From: Heterodontus francisci
Lineage: Eukaryota
DNA: 64,000 bases
Reading direction: 5' to 3'
NCBI RefSeq assembly: GCF_036365525.1
Contig: NC_090404.1
Coordinates: 43,533,544 to 43,597,543, forward strand
The position numbers were made by a program, and so were the translations under genes. Numbering within the stretch: the first letter of the stretch is position 1; every line of letters begins with the position of its first letter. Positions 1 to 10,657 of the stretch are shown here, in pieces. The notes below the pieces were generated by a model. That model was not told where the DNA came from and did no database searches. It was given only the letters and a program-made list of their open reading frames with translations.

Positions 1-430
1 TCCTAAAATCACTCTGCCATTCCACAACACCAAGCTTACTTCAATTCAGAAGATAATTACCGTTTTATTTTACAAAAATGCATCAAATCATATTTACTGA
101 TATTGACTTCAATTTGCCGATTCACCATTTTATCACTATCCCTTTGTTCTTCTAAATAATTATTTTGGCATTATATTTAAATTTCTTAACACTCTCTTTC
201 GGCCTTGATCTAAATCATTGATGTAAGTGTTCCAAGAACATGAATCCTGTGGGATACCACTGCCCACTTCCCACCACTGTTAACATAATGAGTTCTCTGT
301 TTTCACTCTTCTAGTCAATTTCAATCCAGTTTACTCTCCTCTCAATTCTAAACTTCTTAATCTTTACGTAATGTCAGCTGCAGTAACTTTTCAAAGACTT
401 TCTTAAAATCTACATACATTGCAAACTATG
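1..430 (-). mobile_element. Degenerate CR1 LINE RT fragment
   Basis: Reverse complement retains RT motif remnants (VYVDFKKVF, SGIPQ, YINDLD-like); boundaries approximate. Confidence 0.6.
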
Positions 431-854
431 TTATGAAATGTCGAGAGATGACAACACAAATCAAAGCTGCTGGTATGTTTCTATTAATGCAGCGGAAGCC
501 AAACTTGGGGCTCATGGTTACCACGGGGTCGCGGCTCCATTTGCCACAGCAAAGGAATTAGAGTTTTCAGTCGTAATTATTTGAAAGAGCGGTTTTTACT
601 GCATTCGCTGTGTCAAGCTGATATACATGCATGGATGCTGTTACTATTATAGTATTAACATATCACCATTTCTTTAAACTGAGTAAGGATGGAAATGCGA
701 TCAGCTTGAATGCAAACAAACCCAACACAGCTAACGTGAAGTCTGTTCTGTATAACTCTACTGAACTGTTCATGTTAATTGGATGCAGATTTTCCAGTGT
801 GACTACGGATGTGGGAAACAAAATGCAACAGCCCATGGTGAGTTATACTCACTG

Positions 855-910
855 CTCATGGTCTCTCAAGCCGCCCTATGCAAATCAGCCGAGTCTCCAC
901 AGGTTTATAA
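855..910 (+). promoter_or_regulatory. Ig heavy-chain-type promoter: heptamer-like CTCATGG (855-861), octamer ATGCAAAT (878-885), TATA (TTTATAA 904-910)
   Basis: Perfect octamer about 20 bp upstream of a TATA box and about 125 bp upstream of the leader ATG at 1005. Confidence 0.85.
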
Positions 911-1004
911 GGTCGGTGTTCAGACACACACCGTTACACAGAACAGTCAGTGCTGAGGTCTGGAGCTCACTTTGTTTAAATTGTTCCCTGCTGGTGAACA
1001 AACC

Positions 1005-1047
1005 ATGAATATTGTTTGGGTTTCGGTCCTTTTAACCTGGTTACCAA
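1005..1047 (+). CDS. IgNAR: IgNAR leader exon (MNIVWVSVLLTWLP-N)
   Basis: ACCATG start, hydrophobic signal peptide, phase-1 donor A|GTAAGT at 1048, joins the V exon in frame. Confidence 0.93.
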
Positions 1048-1187
1048 GTAAGTGCTGTTTATTAAAGAGATTAAATGTTAATTGCATAAAACTGCGTGGC
1101 TGTGTGACATTGTGGAAATTGTCTTACCTTTAAACTCTTGTATTGTTTCAGACAAGCGATGTACTAAATATATTTTTCTCCATTCAG

Positions 1188-1475
1188 ATGCCTTCACTAC
1201 AAGAGTGGACCAAACACCAAGAACGGCAACGAGAGAGACAGGCGAATCCCTGAGCATTAACTGCGTCCTCACTGATACTAGCCATATTTTGTTCGGCACA
1301 AAATGGTTCTGGAATAATCCGGGTTCAACAGATTGGGAAAGCATAACGATTGGCGGACGATATGTTGAATCAGTCAACAACCAAGCAAAGTCATTTTCTC
1401 TGCAAATCAAGGACCTGACAGTTGAAGACAGTGGCACCTATTACTGCAAAGCGCAAACCATAGGAAGACGCAAAC
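1188..1475 (+). CDS. IgNAR: IgNAR variable segment (VNAR), germline, only canonical Cys (type IV/IIb-like)
   Basis: Acceptor cattcag at 1187. Reads [25 protein letters not shown]...W...[12 protein letters not shown] with C22/W36/C83; only about 60 aa between the Cys (CDR2 deleted). Followed by an RSS. Confidence 0.97.
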
Positions 1476-1513
1476 CACAGTTATGTGTCTGAGCTTTCAC
1501 CAATACAAAAACA
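1476..1513 (+). other. V 3' recombination signal sequence (22-bp spacer)
   Basis: CACAGTT (1476-1482), 22 nt, ACAAAAACA (1505-1513). Confidence 0.93.
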
Positions 1514-1702
1514 TTTTCCAATCTCCAAGGGAAGAAAATACGAATTGTTTCGCTCTTTTCACTGAAACTTAATTTGCAGCATTGATTCTGAGACTGGAGA
1601 TGATTTGCAAATAGCTGGTGACAGACCGCGCAGCAAAGACCCCCAAACGGGACAGTTGGATATGCAGAGCCGCTGTTGAACTTACATTTATGCAAGTAAA
1701 CC

Positions 1703-1785
1703 TGTTTTTGCACTGAGCTGTACCACTGTGTCGATACTTCAGTAACCACAGCAATCGAAGAGCTGGTTCCTGTCATACACAAACT
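1703..1785 (+). other. D1 segment (TCGATACTTCAGTAAC, 1731-1746) with 12/23 RSS
   Basis: TGTTTTTGC-12-CACTGTG | D | CACAGCA-23-ACACAAACT. Confidence 0.92.
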
Positions 1786-1974
1786 ATGAAAACACTATTT
1801 TCATTGGAACAAGGGCAATATTTCTCTGATGCTGAAGTATGAAGAGTAGATACTCAGTATTTTGGAGGGATAACACTCTTCATTCTCAGAAAACCTTGGC
1901 AAAATGTATTATTTCGGGAATCCGGATTGCAGCATGCATCTCGACCTGAGTCACTTGTATTGATGTACATGAGA

Positions 1975-2055
1975 CCTTTTTGCACTGATCTCTGTGACAG
2001 TGTGACTTGGTGAACACCACAGTAATGAATCTTGAATTCCCGCAATACATAAACT
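1975..2055 (+). other. D2 segment (ACTTGGTGAACAC, 2005-2017; possibly from 2003) with 12(14)/22 RSS
   Basis: CCTTTTTGC-14-CAGTGTG (or -12-GACAGTG) | D | CACAGTA-22-ACATAAACT. Confidence 0.85.
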
Positions 2056-2381
2056 GTCCCCACTCTTCTTATTAAGAAGGAAATGCAAATTACCCTCTGA
2101 ATGGCCAAGAAACCTCACGGTTAAATATTCCTTGTCTCTGTCAGACACTGGCTTGTATATTAAAGCCTTTTCTTTATTCATTGAGGTGATTATTTTATAA
2201 TTGTTATCATATATTGATAATAGAGCATTGATGTTTCTCCAGGATTTGTATGAGTGGCTGAGAGTTATAAACGTCTAATGGGATTCCAATATAGAGGCAA
2301 TGATTTAAATCATATTTACTGCATCTTTCAACCAGTACCTTGGAATATCTGAAGGATTTTCTGTGATGTTTGCAACATTGG

Positions 2382-2449
2382 ATTTCTTGTGCTGGTGTGA
2401 AATGATGTGTAGCTGCGATGACACAGTGATTCAGGCAACAGCACAAACC
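2382..2449 (+). other. D3 segment (TAGCTGCGATGA, 2410-2421) with 12/12 RSS
   Basis: ATTTCTTGT-12-TGATGTG | D | CACAGTG-12-GCACAAACC. Confidence 0.88.
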
Positions 2450-2762
2450 TCTCAGACAGTTATTTCCTTGACTATTAGTGAATGTGGCTGCATAATGCGA
2501 TTTCTTCCTCATCGTTGCTACTACACAGAGTTTGAAATCAATTTTAGGTCGACCTTTGTTTGAAATCTATCCTCATTCTCCGATGTTAAATCAGCGGATT
2601 GTTTTTTTCAGAGCTACAGGAGTTTGCATTGCACATAGAAAATAGCTGGATGGATAGCAACTGACAGGAAAATGAAGATTTATTGATCACTAATATATTC
2701 GAATGATCCTTTTGATCGGTGTTACTTTGTTATATTTATTAACGGACATTTGGTTCATTGAC

Positions 2763-2801
2763 CCTTTTTGAACAGGGCTGACTGGGAGCTGACTGACTGT
2801 G
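2763..2801 (-). other. J 5' RSS (23-bp spacer)
   Basis: CCTTTTTGA-23-GACTGTG immediately before J. Confidence 0.9.
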
Positions 2802-2851
2802 TAGCTCCAGTGACTACGACGGAGCTGGCACCGTGCTGACTGTGAACTCTG
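2802..2851 (+). CDS. IgNAR: IgNAR J segment (SSSDYDGAGTVLTVNS)
   Basis: GxGTxLTV motif with D in place of the W/F of WGxG; phase-1 donor G|GTAAGT at 2852. Confidence 0.96.
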
Positions 2852-3974
2852 GTAAGTCACCTCTCTTGCTACTTTATCACTAAAATCTTTTCGATAGAGG
2901 ATTAGAAAATTCAGTGCTCTCGTTCAAAATCGCCTGAACATGAAACGCAATAGCTATAGTTTTTCAACTGACTCGGTTAGGTTAGCTCTCAGTTAATTTG
3001 GCTTAAAATTATAATATATTTTTCAAAAGCGATTTTACCCAAGAATAAATTGAACATGGATTTAATTCTGTAATTTACCTCTCATGTATGACTTTAGGTA
3101 CTGATTTGAATAGATGATGTTAGTTTTAACAGATAAAGCTGACCGAGTCTTCTGAAGTTACTTCCTTACAGAGCTGTCCCTGTATATCCTTAATGTAAAC
3201 TATTTCTGATTCATAAATTAATGCAATTCTGGGGCGAGAGAAATTTTCTCCAAGCAAGGAGTGGATGAAATTGTATAAACTGCTGTTTACGAATTCCGTG
3301 CCGCTTCTAAAAACCTTTTTGTATAAAAGAGTATCTGTTCAGTTAATATCGGCACACAACCTGCAAGTACGAATTCTGACATTTGTGACTCTGGATTAAA
3401 GGCGCACATGTCAGCGACCTAGAAAGTGACCCATTGTCGGGACGAAATTGATCTCATCCTGTCGCGCAAAACGGGGGATAGTGAATGGACAGCCTGTTAA
3501 ACAAGGCGGCAGCTATTTTCACTCATTGACTTGGAAAACGTTGCCAAGGTTTTAATTTCAAACTAAGAAAAGTATCAACGAAACTATCGAGCTTCCAAAA
3601 GAGCTTGAACTGTGAACCACAGTGGAAAGTCTGAGACCTGGTGAAAAACCAACTGCCGATTCACGATGAGCCGCTGTTGCGCTACTGATGTAGACAATTT
3701 CACCCCCGAGACTGTTATTCTGTTGGAATCCTGTGTACATGGAAACCACTTCCCTGGACACCCATGTTTCAGCTAATAGGAGGGCTCTGTGTATAAGACT
3801 ACAGTAGGTTACTGTGTAAAAAGTAGGTTCTCTTTTAAAATATGTGTTTGGAAATGAAATAAGTGGTCTCTTTATTTACTGCTTTAAGGAGAATAGTGAC
3901 GTCTTGATTTACTTACTTATTTTAAATTTGAGGAAGCAGTCTATTTATTTGGAATCTGAGTGCTCCATATTCAT

Positions 3975-4145
3975 GTTGGGCGGTGATGTAAAACGAGTGG
4001 GATCGGATCGGCCGCCCGTTCTATGCAGCGCTTGATATTAAATTCCATTGTCAACAATGGAACTGAATATCAGGCGCCGCCTTTAACAGGCGCCTGATCC
4101 GATAAAGCCTGTTCTGCGCCATCACCTGAGAAGAATTTCTAGCCC
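3975..4145. repeat. Foldback/MITE-like palindromic element in the J-C intron
   Basis: Nested inverted arms: TTCCATTG..CAATGGAA at the centre, GCGCTTGATATT/AATATCAGGCGC, ATCGGATC/GATCCGAT, GGTGATG/CATCACC. Confidence 0.65.
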
Positions 4146-6399
4146 ATTGTATTTGAAGGTGAACAGTGAGATACAGATTAGACTAGAAACATTGCTAAGG
4201 TGCAGCTTTTATCGCAGAGTTAGAACATGTCACTTATCAAAAGGAAAATCTCTCTAAGAAGGCAGGAGAGTGGATGGTGAGAAAAGCCGATTGGGTCCAT
4301 TTCACGCCTCGATACATGATGTTCCACAATGGAATTACCTCCCAAAACAACCGATACCTCCCAGTTTAAATAAAAAGCAAAAAACTGTCAGCTTTCCGAT
4401 GTGATATTCCAGGACCAACCACCTAATTCTGTCCGCTACATTAATTCAGAGGTTAATCTGTTTATTTAAAAGTGGTTGCAGAATACTGAACTTAGGAAAA
4501 TCAAGCGTTAAGCGTGGTTCCCTGAGATGAACAATGGTGATATTTCGAACTAATTTCATTCTTTGCCTCCTCGGCCTGAATACAACAAGTAAAGCAATGG
4601 TATTAATATCTGTCAATGGTATTCACATTCACACTATCATAGGCAAATCATTTTATGTGATCTTCCAACTTGCCCAATGATTAAGAATTTACTACTTGCG
4701 TTGTTGGTGTTGGTCATTTTCCAGCTAATTAATTTGTTTATTTCCACTTTGTCATTTTATTACTTGCTCTTTGATTGTTTTAAAAAGATGTATATATTTT
4801 TCAACCAGTCTTTTGTAAAAGAAAATCACATATGATTGGAGATTTATCGATTTTTCCGTGATTTTATTTTTCGCTGCCAATATTTTCTAGACTCCTGAAC
4901 GAGCCCCGCCCAACTCTGCCTATGTTGTGTGCCTTGAATATTTAAATTATATCTGCTTGTTTGTATATTTCACCCTAACACAGCAGAGCACAAAATCTCT
5001 CTGGCTCACAGCACATATTGTAAATTCCATTGGGTGCTTCGGAATGTTTTGAACATATTTGTTTTACCGATTGCCAAATCCTCGAATTCTGCCGTGATTT
5101 TACTGAACTAGTCCCAGCCTTCCACTGTCCCACAGACCAGTTTGCTCTGTGTCTCACTTTTCTTCATTCAAATGAACGGGAACATCGCACTCCCAGTACC
5201 CGCTTTTCAGTCCATTGAAACTTATGGCGTTGGGATTGTGCAAATTCCAGATCTGTGCTAGAAGTGCATAATCGTAAATCATGCCCCATAGTTAATTTCT
5301 TGGCCACCTGTAACAGACTGATGCAGAATCCATCTTTTCCCATTGATCCAGTTCTGAGGAAAGTTTCACAATTTATTTTCACTTCAACACTTCCTATAGT
5401 TCCAAAATAAGTTTTATTCACAATTTCTTGAAACCCACATTGTTAGAATTCTCAACTATAACAATATTTATTCAGCAATAGTCAAATTATAAACAGATCC
5501 CTCAAATCAGCAATAAGGGCTTTAATTTATGTCGTGACTTTAATTTAATTCGAGACACAGGGTTCAGTACTGAGGGAGGATTTAGAAGTAGGAAAAAGCG
5601 AGATGAAGACAAGTAGAAAAATTTTAAATTGGAAACATAGGGAAGTAATGAATATCAGCGAGGACAGGACTGATGGTTGATTGGAACTTGGTGCAGCTGG
5701 TGACTGTTGGGTAAACTGATGTTTCTGCATTGCAGGAAATAAAGCTGATAAAGGCATGCAGGAAGGGATCAGTTGCAAATTGTCTGTGGTAGTATTGCGG
5801 GCAGGTGATGATAGAGACTGAAGTGGGCGTTCATTGTGTTGAGAGAATAGGGGGTGAAAGGATATGAGGTTCTGGTATGAAGAGGATGTAGAGACTGTGA
5901 ACAGTCTGCTTGTGCCGAAGACAGTGGTCAGGTAGGCCGATAGAACCAGTGGTTAGGTAACAGAGTTAACGACAGGGCCAATTAACAGAGCTAAATCTAA
6001 CCTAAACAGTTTGTTTAATAGTGTGTCACATTTATATTGAGAAGAAACAATCCCAAACTAGCGTAATAAAGAGATTATCAGTTCCAACCTTGCTTTTACA
6101 TTATTCCTAGTATATTCACTGAAACGGTCAGAAGTGACATCAAATTAACACTTTGTAATTTTATAATGTTTTCCTCATTTGACAGAAGATTCTGATTTAC
6201 TGCTGATGAATGAATTAACAATTCATAAATGGCCACTCTTCTCGGTCACGTTTCTCCATATTGGTTCGTTCTGAACCATCCTGTTGTACTATGTATACCT
6301 TGCATCATTGTCTTTGTCGATAACCTGCAAGCTTGCAATGACTGAATGTTAGATGTGAGGATTCCGAAAATCTAACGATTAGTATTGGAGATTAGTTTG

Positions 6400-8430
6400 A
6401 ACAGAAGTAGATATTGGATTGTAATCAAAAATTGGTCGGTAAAACAGTAAGCATAACAGGAAGTCTTCAAAGATGGGATGTTTCGGCAATAGGGTTGGTG
6501 CATTTCCAAGAGAGGCAAGGGAAGAGCATCCAAAGATAGAGCTCCATGAAAGAGTAAAGCTGCAGTGTTAAAATGATACTAAACCGGAAGCTTATGATAA
6601 TTCAGTAGAGAAGCAAGCTGAGTATAGGAAGTGCAGGGAGAACTGAAAAAGGGAATGGAGGTGAAAAGAAAGAGTATAAGATTAACAGCTAAAATAAAAG
6701 GGAACTCAAAAGTCTTTTATAAACTTATGAATAGTAAAATGATTGTCAAATGAAGGGTGGAACTGATTAGGGACCAAAACATATATTTTTGTGGAGTTAG
6801 AGGGCTTGGCTGAGGTACTAAATAAATAATTGCCATTTATCTTTACTAAAAATGAGGATGCTGCCAATGTCATAGCAAATGAGGAGGTAGTAGGGAAAAT
6901 AGGTTAAAATAGATAAAGATGTGATAATTAAAATGTTGGCAAAGCTTCAAGTAAAAAGTCACCTGGACGGAATCCAATGCATCCTAACTTGTTACGGGAA
7001 ATAAGGGTGAGCATAGCCGAGGTTCTGGCCGCAATATTCCATTCCTCCTCAGATATTGGAATGGTCCCATAGGACTGGAGAACATAAAATGTTAGACCTT
7101 TGTCCGAAATGTGAAGAGTTATAAACCCGACGACTGCAGCCAGTCAGCCTAATGTAGGTGATTGAGAAATTTTTAGAGGCAATAATGTGAGGCAAAATAA
7201 ATTGACACTTGGGAAAATAAGGGTTAATAATTGATAGCATCTCAGATTTGTTAAAGACAAATCGTGCTTAACTAATTTGGTTCAGTTCATTGATGGTGTA
7301 TTGGAAAATGTTGATGAGGGTAGTGTGAATGATGTTGATGTAAATTGAAATTCAAAAGTTGTTTTGATAAAGTACCACATAATAGACTTGTTAACAAATT
7401 TTAAGTCCATGGGATTTTGGGGGCAGTGACTGCGTTGGTACGAGATTAGCCAAGAAACACAAAGCGGGGAGTAGTTGTATACAATTATCTTTCGAACTGA
7501 AAACTAGCATACAGTGGTGCCACCCAGCATTATTAATACTACTGCTCTTTTGGATATAAATTAATGACCTGGACTAGAGGATACAGGGCTAATTTCAAAG
7601 TTTGGAGATGACTTGAAACTTGCTATTGTAGAAAACAGTGACGAAAATATAGACTGATTGATCAAAAAGGCAGACACATGGCAGGTACAATTGAATGAAG
7701 AGACGTGTTAAGTGCTGCATTTTGGTAGAAAGAATGAGGAGAGACAATATAAACTAAATGATACAATTTTTAGGGGGTGCAGGAACGGAGAGACCTGGGT
7801 CTGCATGTACACAAATAGTTGAAGGTGGCATTTATCATCAGAGATATAGATTACAAATGCATGGAAGCTATGCTGGATCTTAAAAGTTAATGGTTAGGCC
7901 CCAACTGGAATTATGTGACCATTTTATGAACCGCACTTAAGGAAGGATATTAAACCCTTAGGAAGGGTGCAAAGGAAATTTACAACAATGGAACCAGTGA
8001 TGTTAGTTATGAGGAAGCTTTATTGAAACTGGGATTGTTCCTCTTGGAGCAGGGCATGTTAAGGCAAGATGTAATGGAGATGCTAAAATCCCGAAGTGTT
8101 TTGATAGAATAGTTCCGGACAAACTGTTTTCAGTGGCAGAGACGTCAGGAACACGTGGACACAGAGTGAAGAAAAGGAACTGGAGGAGAGATAGAGAGCT
8201 TTTTATGCATTGAGTTGTTACGATCTGAAATGCACTGCCTGAAAGCCTAGTGGAAGCTGATTCAATTGCAACTTCCAAAGGTAAATTGGATAAAAACGTA
8301 AAGGGAGAAAATTGCAGAGCTGTGGAGGAAAAGCAGGGAGGACTAATTGGACAGTTCCTTCAAAGAGCCAGGCACAGGCACTATCATGGAATAATCTCCT
8401 TCTGTGTTGTATCATTTGGTGTCTCTATGA
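6400..8430 (+). mobile_element. Old degenerate CR1 LINE (ORF2 3' part and tail)
   Basis: Frameshifted RT motifs (KSPG..., FVKDKSCLTNL, INDLD, SKFGDDLK) and a CR1-type 3' end; boundaries approximate. Confidence 0.75.
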
Positions 8431-8459
8431 TTACAGATGCTCTAAGTTTTATAATGTTG

Positions 8460-8950
8460 CTTCTTATCTGGCTGCCAATGGTGGGACGATGGAAATCAGA
8501 GATGGGCAAGAGACCAGGATTGTAGAAGGACAGAGATCGCGGAGGGTTTTAATGTTGGAGAAGGTTTCAGAGACGGTCATGAGAATTTGACCACAAGGAT
8601 GATAATTTTAAATTCGAAGTGTTGTACAACTGGAAGCAAATGTATGTCACTAAGCACAGGAGTGATGCATGAACAGGACTTGGTGCGAGTTAGTATCCAG
8701 GCAACAGAACTTTGGATCAGCTCAATTTTATGGAGGATGAAAGGTGGGGGGCCGGCTTGGAGAGATTGGAATAGGCGAGGCTGCAGATAGGCGGAGGCAG
8801 GGGCGGAGGCAGGAAATCTTACAGATGTGGACGTAAACGGCGTTTGCAGTGATGAGGATATGGGATCAGAAGTTTATCTCAGGGTCAAATCTGACATCCA
8901 GGTTAAGAACAGACTGGTTCCACCTCAGACAGTGACGGCAAAAGACTGAA
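8460..8950 (-). mobile_element. L2-like LINE fragment
   Basis: Similar to the 9395-10400 element (shared gaacaggacttggtg...agagttttggat block). Confidence 0.55.
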
Positions 8951-9020
8951 GTCAGTTCGGGAGCAAGTGAAATTTGGGAACTTTTCATGAGAACAAACTA
9001 TAACAGACATACAAATTATG

Positions 9021-9154
9021 AGAGCAAAATACTGTGGATGCTGGAAATCTGAAATAAAAACAAGAAATGCTGGAAACACTCAGCAGGTCTGGCAGCATCT
9101 GTGGAGACAGAAGCTGAGTTAACGTTTCAGGTCAGTGACTCTTCTTCGGAACCC
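9021..9154 (-). mobile_element. Penelope-like terminal repeat fragment with minimal hammerhead remnant
   Basis: Same repeat as 25673 and 28126. Minus strand reads GGTT-CCGAAGA-AGAGTCACTGACCT-GAAAC-GTT-AACT. Confidence 0.6.
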
Positions 9155-9311
9155 AGTCTTTGGCTGTTGGAGGAAACTGGAACACCCAACTGAAACCCAC
9201 ACGGTCACAGGGAGAACTTGTAAACTCCACCCAGGCAGTACCCAGAACTAAACCCAGGTCGCTGGAGCTGTGAGGCTGCGATGCTAACCATTGCGCTGCT
9301 GCGCCACCCGC
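9155..9311 (-). mobile_element. tRNA-derived SINE (HE1/V-SINE-like), partial
   Basis: Reverse complement matches the 5' part of the SINE at 61326 (tggttagca..gcagcctcacagctccag..ggtactgcctg). Confidence 0.75.
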
Positions 9312-9391
9312 TCTGTTTCAAAAACAATTCCCTGTAAAGTTAAGAAATCAAATTGCTCCATAAGCACACAAATCAAAACAGATGATTGGTA

Positions 9392-10400
9392 ACAAACAAC
9401 AACAACAACAACTTGCATTTATATAGCTCTTTTTAATGTAACAGAATGTACAAGGCACCTCACAAAAACGTTATAAACCAAAATTTGACAACGACCCACA
9501 TAAGGTGATATTACAGTGCATGGCCAAAAGCTTGGTCAAGGAGAAAGGTTTTAAGGAGTATCTGAAAGAAATAAAGAGAGGTAAAGAGGCAGAGAAAATT
9601 AGGAGGGAATTCAGAAAGGCAGCTGAAGGCATGGACACCAACTGTGGAACAATTAAGATCGGCGCTGCTCAAGAGGCCAGAATTAGATGAACGCAGATAC
9701 CTCAGAGTGTTATGGAAATGGAGGAGATTAGAGAGGTAAGGATGGGCGAGGCCATGAGGGACTTGAAGGCAGTGATGAGAATTTTCAAATCAAAGCGTTG
9801 GTTGATCGAGGCACAATGTAGGTCAGCCAGCACAATGATGGTGTGTGAACAGGACTTGGTGTGATTAAGAAACGGTCAGCAGAGTTTTGGATGACCTTAC
9901 TTTTAGGGAGAATGGGCAGGAGTGCATTTCAACGGTCGAGACTATAAGGTAACATAGGCATGAAGGACGTTTTCAGCAGCAGAAGAGCTGAGGCAGGGGC
10001 GAAGTCATGTCACGTTATGGAGGTGGAAATAGGCGGTTTTAGTGATGGAGAGTACAGATATGTGGTCAGAAGCTGATCTACCAGTCAAATATAACAACAA
10101 AGTGGCAAACAGCTTGGTTTACCTTCAGACGGTTGCAAGGGAGAGAAATGAAGTCAGCAGCGAGGGAATGGACTTTACAGCAGGAACTGAAGACAATGGC
10201 TTTTGTCTTCCCAATATTTAGTTGGAGTAAATTTCTGCTTATTTACTATTGGATGTTGAACTAACAGTCTGACAACTTAGAGACAGTGAAGGAGTCAAGA
10301 GAAGTGGTGGTGAGGGGGAGCTGGGTATCGTTAGCACACATGTAAAAACTATTGTGTCGCTGAAGGGCTGCATGTAGATAAGAAATACGAGGAGGAATGG
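9392..10400 (-). mobile_element. L2-like LINE 3' fragment
   Basis: Tail (ACA)n-CTTGCATTTATATAGC, the reverse complement of an L2-type GCTATATAAATGCAAG(TTG)n end, followed by degenerate ORF2. Confidence 0.65.
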
Positions 10401-10606
10401 GGGAAATAATAAAGGATATACATTCAATATCTGACCATCACTGCACCCACATCAAGGGTGAGGATAATTTTGCCCCAGCGCATTGATCATTCTTTATTCA
10501 GAAATTAACAACTTATAAAAATAAATGAACGTTCATTCAATATCTAAACTCCTTTCTCCCAACACGTCCACTGTGATATCCCTACATTTCTTCCCAATTT
10601 CAATAG

Positions 10607-10657
10607 CCACAGCCACACCAACAGAAAATTGCAATGTGATAAACACAGAGGCATTGG
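10607..10657 (+). pseudogene. Candidate hinge mini-exon (ATATPTENCNVINTEAL) with mutated splice donor
   Basis: Polypyrimidine tract plus AG at 10606; 51 nt, phase 1-1, open in the J/C1 frame; followed by ATAAGT instead of GTAAGT. Confidence 0.5.

Noticed and set aside
592-613. RSS-like GGTTTTTAC...CGCTGTG
   Set aside because: Spacer is only 6 nt and no coding segment is adjacent.
631-1008. 125-aa ORF upstream of the leader
   Set aside because: Overlaps the promoter, has no recognisable domain and ends at the real ATG; a chance ORF.
1082-1187. N-terminal part of ORF 1082-1492 as coding sequence
   Set aside because: It is the leader-V intron (GT at 1048, AG at 1187).
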